Of a DNA stretch of 64,000 bases, positions 29,005-37,436 are shown one piece after another (positions within the stretch are counted from its first letter, which is position 1; every line of letters begins with the position of its first letter). The DNA comes from Candidatus Aminicenantes bacterium UBA1061 (GTDB lineage: Bacteria; Acidobacteriota; Aminicenantia; Aminicenantales; Saccharicenantaceae), in NCBI GenBank assembly GCA_002316315.1, contig DCDG01000022.1:51-64050 (forward strand), given 5' to 3'. A program made the translations under genes and the position numbers. The notes beneath the pieces are model-generated. The model was not told the origin of the DNA and made no database searches. It saw only the letters and a program-made list of their open reading frames with translations.

Positions 29005-29655
29005 TTAATAATTGAATAAATAGTTATAGATAACGCTGCCCTGATACATAAGAAAAAACAAAGCTACAATTATCGCCTCCACCAGCTGAGCCTTTTTGCT
29101 TATCAGGTTAAAGGCCTGGCAAAACTTCACCCTGGCCGGTCCAAAGAAAAGCCATAGAAATATTATGGAGGTAATAATTCCAGGTAGCCAGATTGCCCAG
29201 GAAGGTATGGAGCCAAAACGAATGATATTGGCAATGTCACCTCTGGGCACAATTCCCCGAATAATCGTGTAATTAAACCAGCCGCCAATTCCAAAAAAGG
29301 CCAGGCTGTAAAAGAAAAACAATAAGGTTCTGTGTCCAGCCGTGCTATGCCAGCGGAACTTTAATAGAAAAACAAGAGATAAACAGGCAAAAATAAAGTT
29401 AACCAAAGGCCCGGCCGCAGCAATGGCTATCCCCTGCCAGGCCGGAAGTTCTGCTACCTGGTCGTAATTAACCTTTTCATCTATACCAAACAGAAACGGT
29501 GTATAGTGTATATTAAAAGGGTGGGATTTAACTCCGAAAACAGTAGCAGTTAAACTGTGTCCCCACTCATGGCCTAAGGTATTAGTGTACATAGCAATAG
29601 TGGCAATGATAAAAAAGTCAAATAGCAACTCGCCCCAGAAAATTTTCCTGCTCAC
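29005..29655 (-). CDS. Polytopic membrane protein with HExxH motif (M50/site-2-protease-like metalloprotease)
   Basis: 216 aa, about 6 TM segments. HEWGHSL sits in TM2, as in M50-type intramembrane proteases. Confidence 0.5.
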   Translation of the reverse strand: MSRKIFWGELLFDFFIIATIAMYTNTLGHEWGHSLTATVFGVKSHPFNIHYTPFLFGIDEKVNYDQVAELPAWQGIAIAAAGPLVNFIFACLSLVFLLKFRWHSTAGHRTLLFFFYSLAFFGIGGWFNYTIIRGIVPRGDIANIIRFGSIPSWAIWLPGIITSIIFLWLFFGPARVKFCQAFNLISKKAQLVEAIIVALFFLMYQGSVIYNYLFNY

Positions 29656-29848
29656 TTAAGATTACCCCCCCCCTTTCTCGTTATATCGTTTTTTTATTAA
29701 AAAGCCATTTTAGATAGTCCTCTTACTGCTTTTCACTGGTGAAGCCTTTCATTCTTTGCGGTGGTGAAAAAGGAGCAATTTATTCGCCAACCTTATTTTC
29801 ATCGTTTTTGGGCAATCATAATTCAAGACAAGTTCGGATGTCAAATTG

Positions 29849-29966
29849 GCGAATTACCTTACCTAAAATCTAGATGAGAATGATTCATTGCCTAACGATA
29901 GAATCTACAAAAAACTGTTTTGCCTTCTGGTAGAAATCAAATCTAAAGTCAGGTATCAAATTAGCC
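29849..29966. repeat. Dispersed ~116-nt repeat, copy 2 (pairs with 25280-25395)
   Basis: See copy 1. It also carries the ttgccttctgg core, which recurs in degenerate form as aaaccttctggcag at about 57580. Confidence 0.7.
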
Positions 29967-30060
29967 AACAGGTGGAGCAATAAGTTATTAGACCAGGCTC
30001 TATTCTATACAACTTATTATCTAAATTCTTGCCCGAGCTAATATGCATCTTCCTGCTTTT

Positions 30061-30292
30061 TGTTATTTAAACCTGAAAAGTGAACCACTAATGAGGCATC
30101 TTCTTTATATAGAAGAATGCCTGGAACAGATAGACAAGCGTTTCTGTATTTAGCCAATCAAACAGCTGCTTGAGGATTGGATGGAAAAGTCGGTCTCGGA
30201 TCAACTATTTTATCTGTCTTCTTACAAGAGTCGTTTTTTTCTTTCTAGTCTGCTTTAAAAAGCGATCCACTTAGGTTAAAATCACTTTTCGG
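30061..30292 (+). mobile_element. MITE-like, internally deleted copy of the IS whose remnant is at 57616-57954
   Basis: The left end tgttatttaaacctgaaaagtgaaccactaatgaggcat...ctggaacagatagacaagcgt matches tgttatttacgcttgaaaagtgaactgttgatgaggcat...atggaacagatacacaagcgt at 57616-57717. The right end tcacttttcgg (30282-30292) is the inverted complement of ctgaaaagtga. No intact ORF. Confidence 0.6.
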
Positions 30293-30317
30293 TTCAGAAG
30301 TAGAGGAGCAAAAGAAG

Positions 30318-31298
30318 ATGAATATAAATAAATCATATCAGAGTCCAGTTGAAGCCATAGGTTCAACCCCGCTCGTCAAGCTGAATAAAATTACTGCCGG
30401 GCTAAGCAGCCAGATCTTTGCCAAACTTGAATTCCTGAATCCCATGGGGAGTGTCAAGGACAGGATTGCTAAATACATGATCGAAAAGGCGGAGAGGGAT
30501 GGGCGGCTAAAATCCGGCGATTTAATCATTGAAAACTCCTCCGGCAATACCGCCCTGGGCCTGGCTTTGATGGCCATCCAGAAAGGCTACCGCCTGAAAG
30601 TCATTGTCCGGGATAGCATCAGCAAAGAAAAACTTGACCAGTTAAAAGCTTTAGGAATTGAAATCCAGATGGTGGATCATACTCTTCCGCCAGAATCACC
30701 GCAGAGCTACAATAAAATTACTCCGACTCTGGCCAGCCAGACTCCCAACTGCTTCTTTCCTGATCAACATAATAACCGGGAAAATAATGAGGCTCATTAC
30801 TACACGACTGGACCTGAAATCTGGGAGCAGATGGAAGGGAAAATTGATTATTTTGTCGCCGGCATCGGAACAGGTGGAACCATCTGTGGGGCGGGTAAAT
30901 ATCTCAAAGAAAAAGACCCAGGCATAAAAATAATAGGTATTGATCCAGTCGGCTCTGTTTTTTATGATTACTTTCATTCCAGAAAAAAGACAAAGCCTGC
31001 CCCCTACCTCATAGAAGGACTCGGCGATGAATTTCTGATTAATTGCGTCGATTTCGATCTTCTGGATGATATCTATCAGATTACCGATAAAGAAGCCTTT
31101 CTTATGACGAGGGAAATTGCCCGCCGGGAGGGACTTCTGGTCGGTGGGTCGAGCGGGGCAGCTCTCTGGGGAGTAATGAAACTGGCCAGAAGTTTAGAAA
31201 AACCAGCCAGAATAGTCACTGTCTTTCCTGATGGTGCTTCTCGTTATTTGAGTACCATTTTTAATGAGGCCTGGCTAAAAGAAAAAGGCTTCGTTTAG
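30318..31298 (+). CDS. PLP-dependent cysteine synthase / cystathionine beta-synthase family enzyme
   Basis: GSTPLVKLNKI, NPMGSVKDRIA (PLP lysine), SSGNTALGLA, GIGTGGTICG and GGSSGAA motifs of fold-type II PLP enzymes. Confidence 0.8.
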   Translation: MNINKSYQSPVEAIGSTPLVKLNKITAGLSSQIFAKLEFLNPMGSVKDRIAKYMIEKAERDGRLKSGDLIIENSSGNTALGLALMAIQKGYRLKVIVRDSISKEKLDQLKALGIEIQMVDHTLPPESPQSYNKITPTLASQTPNCFFPDQHNNRENNEAHYYTTGPEIWEQMEGKIDYFVAGIGTGGTICGAGKYLKEKDPGIKIIGIDPVGSVFYDYFHSRKKTKPAPYLIEGLGDEFLINCVDFDLLDDIYQITDKEAFLMTREIARREGLLVGGSSGAALWGVMKLARSLEKPARIVTVFPDGASRYLSTIFNEAWLKEKGFV

Positions 31299-31620
31299 AT
31301 GATAAACACCATCCGCCTGATGATGAAGTAAAACTAAAGGGAAATAGCGGGCAGGCATTAAAAGCGCCTGGCTGTAAAAGAAAGATAATTCACAGGAGTT
31401 CTGTCCATAGCAAACCTGTATAATTCACAATAATTCGCCAACAACTCAGGCCAGCCTACTTTATTGTCAGCCTCATAGATTATTCCCAGGAAAAATGAGG
31501 GATAAGAACAGATTTAATAAAATCGTCTCATATCCTGATTTTTTATCAACGTTAATTAAAAATCGCGAAACATTTTCAGTTTTATGAACAAAGCAGGCTA
31601 AATATTTCTTAAGTTTCTAT

Positions 31621-32643
31621 TTATCCCACTAATAAATCATAAGATTCAGCGTTCAACAGGGCACAGCCTGCAGCGCCTCTGATGGTATTATGCACCAGGG
31701 CAACAAAACGTATTTGCTTTTCTGAAATCTGAGTCAATCTGCCGATGCTCACACTCATACCACCACCTGAATTCCGATGTAACCTCGGCTGTGGAGCTTC
31801 CAGATCAGGCCAGTGGATTACCGGCCTGTCCGGGGCAGTCGGGAGCTTATGGCTTTTAAGTGGAGCAAAATCTTCAAAGGCTTTAATCACTTCTTTGACA
31901 GTGACTTTTTCCTCTGTCCTCACGAAAACCGAGAGCAGGTGTCCGTCCACCACCGGCACCCGATTACACTGGGCTTCAAGGCTGAAGCTGGCCGGTTCAA
32001 TTCTGTCCGGCTTTCGCTCGCCAAGAATTTTTTTTGCTTCGCGCTGAATTTTTTCCTCTTCGTTTTTTATGTATGGAATAATATTGTCCAAAATATCGAG
32101 CGAACTAACGCCGGGGTAGCCTGCACCGGAGATAGCCTGCATCGTCACCACCTCGATCGCCTCCAGACCGAATTTATCCATAATTGGCTTAAGCGCCATG
32201 ACCAGCCCGGTGGTTGAGCAATTCGGATTGGTTACAATTTTCCCCGGGGTTTTTTGACTGTGGATAAGATTCAGATGATCCAGATTCACCTCGGGCACAA
32301 CTGCTGGCACGTCCTGATCCAGACGATGGCTGGAAGCATTGGAAAAGACGACATAACCGGCCGCGGCCAGTTCTGCCTCGATTGGCCCAGCCACGTCTGA
32401 GGGCAGAGCCGAAAGCACATAGTCTGCTTCAAAATCCGGACGGCAATCTCTGACCACCATCTCGCTTATTTTATCGGGTGGCGGTGTCTCGAGATGCCAC
32501 TGGACAGCTTCTCCATATTTTTTCCCGGAAGAATTATCGGAAGCAGCCAGGGCCGAAATTTCAAAAAACGGATGGCCGGAGAGAAGTTGAATGAACCTCT
32601 GCCCGACCAGTCCGGTTGCTCCCAGAATGGCTAGCTTTTTCAC
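31621..32643 (-). CDS. asd: Aspartate-semialdehyde dehydrogenase
   Basis: MKKLAILGATGLVGQRF, and the active-site region NPNCSTTGLVMALKP. Confidence 0.9.
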   Translation of the reverse strand: MKKLAILGATGLVGQRFIQLLSGHPFFEISALAASDNSSGKKYGEAVQWHLETPPPDKISEMVVRDCRPDFEADYVLSALPSDVAGPIEAELAAAGYVVFSNASSHRLDQDVPAVVPEVNLDHLNLIHSQKTPGKIVTNPNCSTTGLVMALKPIMDKFGLEAIEVVTMQAISGAGYPGVSSLDILDNIIPYIKNEEEKIQREAKKILGERKPDRIEPASFSLEAQCNRVPVVDGHLLSVFVRTEEKVTVKEVIKAFEDFAPLKSHKLPTAPDRPVIHWPDLEAPQPRLHRNSGGGMSVSIGRLTQISEKQIRFVALVHNTIRGAAGCALLNAESYDLLVG

Positions 32644-32801
32644 TTCAGGTCTCCTTTCTCAACTGATTCGCCAGCGGAAACGGACGATGCTCTGCCGTCT
32701 TCCACTGCTTCGAATTTCGTCCTTTCAATTCGCATTTAGAATTTTTAAGTCAATTGAAATTCAAATCATTTAAAAATTTATTCCCGCCTGTCTCAGTTTC
32801 A

Positions 32802-33560
32802 TCAGGTTTTTAAATCTAAAGGCTGACAACCTCTGGCTCGCTCCTGAAACTTCAAGCTGTGCCTGCCGATGATGCCCAGCTGATCACCAACAATAATAAG
32901 AAGTGTTTCCACCTTCTCGTTTAAAGCCAGCGCCAGAACCTTCTCGATGTCTTCTGCCTCTTTCACCAGATTGCCATAGGCCGTGGCCAAAGCATCGGCT
33001 AAGGTGGCATCTGGAGACACTACTGTTACCGCATCGGCCCAGCCAAAACTTAAAGAATTTCCGACCGTCCCCGAAGAGGTGCAAACGCCCCATTCACCCG
33101 GTGGCATTTCCAGGCCCACCCGACCCGACAGTTTCGAAGCTCCAGCATAAACTGAAATGACCAGGGGATCGTCATTTTTCACAAAGATATCCCCGCCATT
33201 TTCCACAGCCACCTCTCGCACATCGTAGGTCTCCATGAGAAAATGGCCAACTCTATCAGCGATAGCCCCAGCCACCGCGGCCATCGGGCCAACCCCCGCC
33301 AGTCTGGTTGCTTCCATCATTCGCTTAACAATCTCTGACTGCCAGTGAAACGCAAGCGGCTCCAGAGAAGTCAGAAAAGCAGGATATTTCGTGATACATC
33401 TATTGAGCTCCGTGTGGCACGAGACCACTTCTTTATAAACTGCTTCTTTCATCTCCGACCTGTAGCCATCAACGCCAATCCAGAGATCCGTTTCTCTAAA
33501 ACGGACTGTAAAACTCTGGAGCCGGCCTGAAGACCAGTCCCGGTAAAACCTGTTACTCAT
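32802..33560 (-). CDS. UPF0280 / COG2122 (ApbE-like) protein
   Basis: Start moved to MSNRFYRDW (ATG 33560, an 8-nt ATGAGTAA overlap with the upstream stop). The track ORF extends to 33704 inside the upstream gene. RFRETDLWIGVD and TSSGTVGNSLSFGWADAVTVV resemble the UPF0280 family as I remember it. Confidence 0.6.
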   Translation of the reverse strand: MSNRFYRDWSSGRLQSFTVRFRETDLWIGVDGYRSEMKEAVYKEVVSCHTELNRCITKYPAFLTSLEPLAFHWQSEIVKRMMEATRLAGVGPMAAVAGAIADRVGHFLMETYDVREVAVENGGDIFVKNDDPLVISVYAGASKLSGRVGLEMPPGEWGVCTSSGTVGNSLSFGWADAVTVVSPDATLADALATAYGNLVKEAEDIEKVLALALNEKVETLLIIVGDQLGIIGRHSLKFQERARGCQPLDLKT

Positions 33561-34893
33561 TGGGGGGAAGCTCCACGCCCAGCGGGCAAACATCAGAGCA
33601 TTCGCCGCAGTCAGTGCATTTTTCCGCCGTATAAGTGAATTTCCCGTCAACCAGGCTAAGAGCATCGAAGGCACAGACACTGACACAGGCCCCGCAATCA
33701 ACACAGGTTGGCTTCTCCAGTTTCAACTCTTTGCCGCTTGTTCTTTTTTTGAGCTGTTTTAATGCCCGCTCTTCCTGGAAGAGCTCAACCGGCGAGGTCA
33801 GAATAAAGCTGCCCGCCATTATTCTTTCCTTCAGTAGCTGGCTTATTTCCCGCGCCATGGGCAGACTGGAAAGAGGCGAGGTTTTAACTTTTTTCCCGTT
33901 GAGTTCCAGCCAGCCCTCCCTCAGCCAGGCATAATTTGTGGCAGCAATTATCGGTCTTTCCGGCTGGCCGTAATCTTCAATAATCGTCTCGATTTCTTCA
34001 TTACTTCTGGAAACAAAATAAGCCACTTCCTCATTTAAAACAGGAATGGGAACGCCGATGCCAACAAAAAGAGTAACCCCGTAGTTTTTAAAGTAGGCTG
34101 CGCGCAAATAGCGGGAGTTCATGCGGCGAGCATCACCGATAACAGCCAGCGTTCTGGCCGGACCAACTGGCAAACCGTATTGATTGACCCTGACGTCGTT
34201 TCGAAACTGGGTGCCGGGCCAGACGACATAGCCGGTTCCACCGCCCAGAAAAATTCTGGTACCCAGTCCGATGGTCATCATCTGCGGATCTTTGAGCAAA
34301 GGGCTAAGTTCGCCCGAAGTGGAGTAAGTCACGTTGCCAAAATGAGGTAGCAGCTTCCCCATATAGGTGTATTTAGTCCGGTCAGAGCTGTTAGTAGCGG
34401 CCGCATAATTCTGGTAGGCATTTCTTGGATTAAAAAGGAAAAAATCATTGATCATATCCTTATTTATATAGCCCTCAAATTCTTTCCGGGGATAACAGTC
34501 TGTGCCTTTGGCGCTGGCTTTAAGATATAAATCCTGGCCTTCGATCAAAGCCTCGATAATATGTGCCCCACCAAAACTTTTATCAGCTCTGGACTCTTCC
34601 GTCGCACCGAGAAAGCCATCAACCGCGGCCAGCCCGCCATAGACTTCGACACCGGCGAGCTCAATTTTTTCCATCCTCATGGGAGGGGTGGTGTGCCCGA
34701 AGTTAATCACTGCTCCGCTCGAACACATGGGAGCAAAGGTGCCAGTCGTGACGACATCAACCTGCTCGGCAATCTTTTCGGGGCTCGCCTCTCTGGCCAG
34801 CTTCACCACTTCCTCCGCCGTGAGCACCACCGCTTCGCCCCGCTTGATTTTCTCATTGATTTCATCCACCGTTTTCATGTTTTTCTCCTTCAA
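33553..34893 (-). CDS. COG1900 (DUF39) homocysteine-biosynthesis protein fused to a 2x[4Fe-4S] ferredoxin domain
   Basis: KTVDEINEKIKRGEAVVLTAEEV and VDVVTTGTFAPMCSSGAVINFGH are typical of the MA1821/MJ0100-type family. C-terminus: CVDCGACVSVCAFDAL...CTDCGECSDVCPLGV. Confidence 0.75.
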   Translation of the reverse strand: MKEKNMKTVDEINEKIKRGEAVVLTAEEVVKLAREASPEKIAEQVDVVTTGTFAPMCSSGAVINFGHTTPPMRMEKIELAGVEVYGGLAAVDGFLGATEESRADKSFGGAHIIEALIEGQDLYLKASAKGTDCYPRKEFEGYINKDMINDFFLFNPRNAYQNYAAATNSSDRTKYTYMGKLLPHFGNVTYSTSGELSPLLKDPQMMTIGLGTRIFLGGGTGYVVWPGTQFRNDVRVNQYGLPVGPARTLAVIGDARRMNSRYLRAAYFKNYGVTLFVGIGVPIPVLNEEVAYFVSRSNEEIETIIEDYGQPERPIIAATNYAWLREGWLELNGKKVKTSPLSSLPMAREISQLLKERIMAGSFILTSPVELFQEERALKQLKKRTSGKELKLEKPTCVDCGACVSVCAFDALSLVDGKFTYTAEKCTDCGECSDVCPLGVELPPNE

Positions 34894-36220
34894 AAAATTC
34901 TCGATGAATGGCCTGTAAGGCCCGGTTTCTGTCTTTTAAACTTACCAGGAAATAAATCGTCACCTGAGATGCGCCGGCCGAGATCATTTCCACATTGATA
35001 CCATGCCTGGAAACAGCAGAAAAGATCCGGGCGGCCACCCCTGGTTTCTGAAGAACTCCCTCCCCGACCGCCGCTATGAGCGAGATATCGGTGCGGTAAA
35101 AAACATTTTCCACTTCGGCAATTTTCATTTTCGGCGTAATTTCCTGACAGCGTCTGACATCCTGGCTCGAGATCAGAATATTGATGCTTGTCTGTGAGGT
35201 CACCACGGATTTAATATTAATACCCTCGCGGCCGTAGGTCGAGGCAATCTGTCCGAGGAGTCCCGGCACCCGGCCGACATTTGACCCCTTAAAGCGGATA
35301 ACAGCCAGATCATCAGTAAATGACAGGCTCTTCACCACCGTCTCCGCTACCGCCCCGTTAGAGGAGATAATCGTATCGGGCCGGTCAATAGCGGTAAAGG
35401 AACCCAGGTTGAAGATATAAAGGGGAATATCTTTCTGGCGCACCGGATCGACAGCTGTTGGATGGAGGATTCTGGCGCCAAAGTAAGATAACTCAGCCGC
35501 CTCATCGTAGTTGAGCTTTTTAACGGGCTTAACAGTTCTGACCCGCTTCGGATCACAGGTCATAAAACCGGAAACATCCTTGTAAAGATCAACTCTTTCG
35601 GCCTCCAGGCAGTAGCCGATGGAAGTGGCTGAATAGTCGCTTCCGCCGCGGCCCAGAAGGTTCATCTGGCCGCCAGAAAGGCCATAAAACCCTGGCACCA
35701 CATAATTTTTATCGGCTTTAAAAAATTTTTTTAGATTCCCTGCCGACACTTCCAGTTCAACCGTCGCCTCTTTAAATCGCCCATCAGTGGTCAAACCAAA
35801 CTGCTCGGGTAGAGCTTCCTCACAGTCAAAGCCATGCTGGTTAAAATACTGGGTTAAAAGCAAAGAGGAACATCTTTCCCCGTGGCTTAGCACCCGATCA
35901 TAGACAAAATCCGGGACCTGACCGATGAGTCTGACCCCCTGCAATAAATCTTTTATCTCGTAGACGCGGGCCTTTAGCTCTGGATTTCTGGCCTCCAGAA
36001 AGCCCTGGTAAATGGAGTTAAGGCTCACCAGAAAGCCATTAACATCGAGATTTCTGATATTATCCAGAGCCACCATCAATCTATCGGTCACGCCCGAAAC
36101 AGCCGAGACGACGACGACCAGAGGCTGTTCGTACATTTTGACCACACTCAAAATTTTCGACAGATCATCCTTATTCTTGAGGCTCGAGCCGCCAAATTTA
36201 ACAACGATTATTTTTTTCAT
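34862..36220 (-). CDS. lysC: Aspartate kinase (monofunctional, with C-terminal ACT domains)
   Basis: MKKIIVVKFGGSSLKN, GRGGSDYSAT, and C-terminal ACT-like repeats. Confidence 0.9.
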   Translation of the reverse strand: MKKIIVVKFGGSSLKNKDDLSKILSVVKMYEQPLVVVVSAVSGVTDRLMVALDNIRNLDVNGFLVSLNSIYQGFLEARNPELKARVYEIKDLLQGVRLIGQVPDFVYDRVLSHGERCSSLLLTQYFNQHGFDCEEALPEQFGLTTDGRFKEATVELEVSAGNLKKFFKADKNYVVPGFYGLSGGQMNLLGRGGSDYSATSIGYCLEAERVDLYKDVSGFMTCDPKRVRTVKPVKKLNYDEAAELSYFGARILHPTAVDPVRQKDIPLYIFNLGSFTAIDRPDTIISSNGAVAETVVKSLSFTDDLAVIRFKGSNVGRVPGLLGQIASTYGREGINIKSVVTSQTSINILISSQDVRRCQEITPKMKIAEVENVFYRTDISLIAAVGEGVLQKPGVAARIFSAVSRHGINVEMISAGASQVTIYFLVSLKDRNRALQAIHREFFEGEKHENGG

Positions 36221-36390
36221 TTTGTTTTAATTGTCCTTTAGCCTAATTAATCTGATCTCCACTTAGCCCTGGAGCCGTCCGACCGGAAATGGTCATGGCC
36301 AGCTCCTGGCGAATCTTTAGATCATAATTTTTGCCCCGAACTTCAGACCTTGATTGGCTGGCGGGTCTTGCTCTGGATTTTTTCCCTATA

Positions 36391-36422
36391 TAAAAAAAGG
36401 GCGTTCTCAACTGAGAACGCCC
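36391..36422 (-). terminator. Rho-independent terminator (minus strand)
   Basis: The minus strand reads GGGCGTTCTC-AGTT-GAGAACGCCC followed by TTTTTTT. The stem is 36399-36422 and the U-tract corresponds to 36392-36398. 10-bp GC-rich perfect stem. Confidence 0.75.
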
Positions 36423-36770
36423 TTCGCTGTTTCCAGGGTAGACTTCACACCGCTGGCCAACCTCTCGGGGCGTAAGGACACATTATCATCACGTTTCTCC
36501 ACATGTCGAAGGCCAATGAAGCCAAGACGATCTCAATTTCTATTCCTCTGTTCATCACTCTTTTATCTTCCATCATTTTTGCTTTCTTATGCTAACAAAG
36601 TCAACAAAACTTTTCAAGACAGCCAGGTCAAGTTTTATTCGAGATCAGTCAGGACAAACATGTCCATTCGCTTTTTGGTCTTTCTGTCTTTCATATGTTT
36701 TTATCTTTTACGCCAGCAGTAAGCAGCCCGGCACGATAAATAAATCATAAATTTCTTTCTCCGCCGGTCA

Positions 36771-37436
36771 TCAGAGATTCAGGATAGCCCCAGAAGGCAG
36801 GGGCTTGAAATCATAAATGGGAAGCGGTTCAGAAGAAATTAACTTCAAAGAGGGCGACTCAAAAGACCACAAAGCATAATACTCAGGATGAGAAAAGTAA
36901 TGACAAAGTGCATATATATTTTGTTTATCAGCCAGGCCGATATTCATGGCTTGCACTCCTCTGGAATGTTTAATTATCGTTTCTTTCAACCGGCCAAGTG
37001 CTTCCTCCGGCGGCTCACTTTTCAAATAACTTTGCAGCATATTCCAGATTTTCTGGGAACCAATCTCTCCTCTTACATGAAAAGGAAGACAAATGCCCTT
37101 AATAAACCCGTTAAAGACAAAAGAGTAAGACTCTGAACAAAAAGGCTGATTGTAGTCAAGGCAGTTTCTTTGTTCAGGAAAAGATGAACTTCGAGCATGA
37201 AAAAGAAAAAATCTGCCGGCGGGAAGAGATTTAAACGTAGCTTTCTCCTCCCACACAGGTTTTGTTGATTTTTTAACTATCCAGTTACCATCATCAGCAA
37301 GATAGGCTAAGCCCCAGCCATCACCCTGCCAGTCACCTTCGAGACTCCTGCTTTCCCTGCACATTTCGGAAAAGGTGAGAGCCAGCTCTACTGGCTGGAA
37401 ATCAAAGTTTGATTTTACCATTAAGAATCTGCACAT
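36771..37436 (-). CDS. Stand-alone class II glutamine amidotransferase-fold (Ntn) amidohydrolase, YafJ/EgtC-like
   Basis: N-terminal MCR (nucleophile Cys2), QGDGWGLAY, LFHARSSS and FVFNGFI motifs of the GATase-2 fold. No synthase domain. The start overlaps the lysJ stop by 1 nt (TAATG). Confidence 0.7.
   Translation of the reverse strand: MCRFLMVKSNFDFQPVELALTFSEMCRESRSLEGDWQGDGWGLAYLADDGNWIVKKSTKPVWEEKATFKSLPAGRFFLFHARSSSFPEQRNCLDYNQPFCSESYSFVFNGFIKGICLPFHVRGEIGSQKIWNMLQSYLKSEPPEEALGRLKETIIKHSRGVQAMNIGLADKQNIYALCHYFSHPEYYALWSFESPSLKLISSEPLPIYDFKPLPSGAILNL

Noticed and set aside
32802-33704. N-terminally extended track ORFs that overlap the preceding gene: 32802-33704, 5516-7852, 22623-23411, 25886-26608, 20812-21537, 51171-52214, 52147-53433 and 43496-44458.
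   Set aside because: In each case the family-typical N-terminus begins at an internal ATG. That ATG has an SD or a short stop/start overlap. The extension has no homology-like features, so the starts were moved instead of reporting gene overlaps.
36445-36560. T-box leader. The minus strand has agagtgatgaa (K-turn-like) and ggttggccagcgg, which resembles the T-box GGUGGUACCGCG, ahead of the terminator.
   Set aside because: The match to the T-box consensus is imperfect. I could not build a specifier loop or an antiterminator overlapping the terminator. About 170 nt separate the terminator from the ask ATG, which is atypical. It is kept only as part of the broader unassigned-region finding.
36354-36722. 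122-aa plus-strand ORF in the ask/lysW intergenic gap.
   Set aside because: Cys/Ser/Phe/Leu-rich low-complexity translation with no SD. It runs through the minus-strand terminator hairpin. Judged non-coding.
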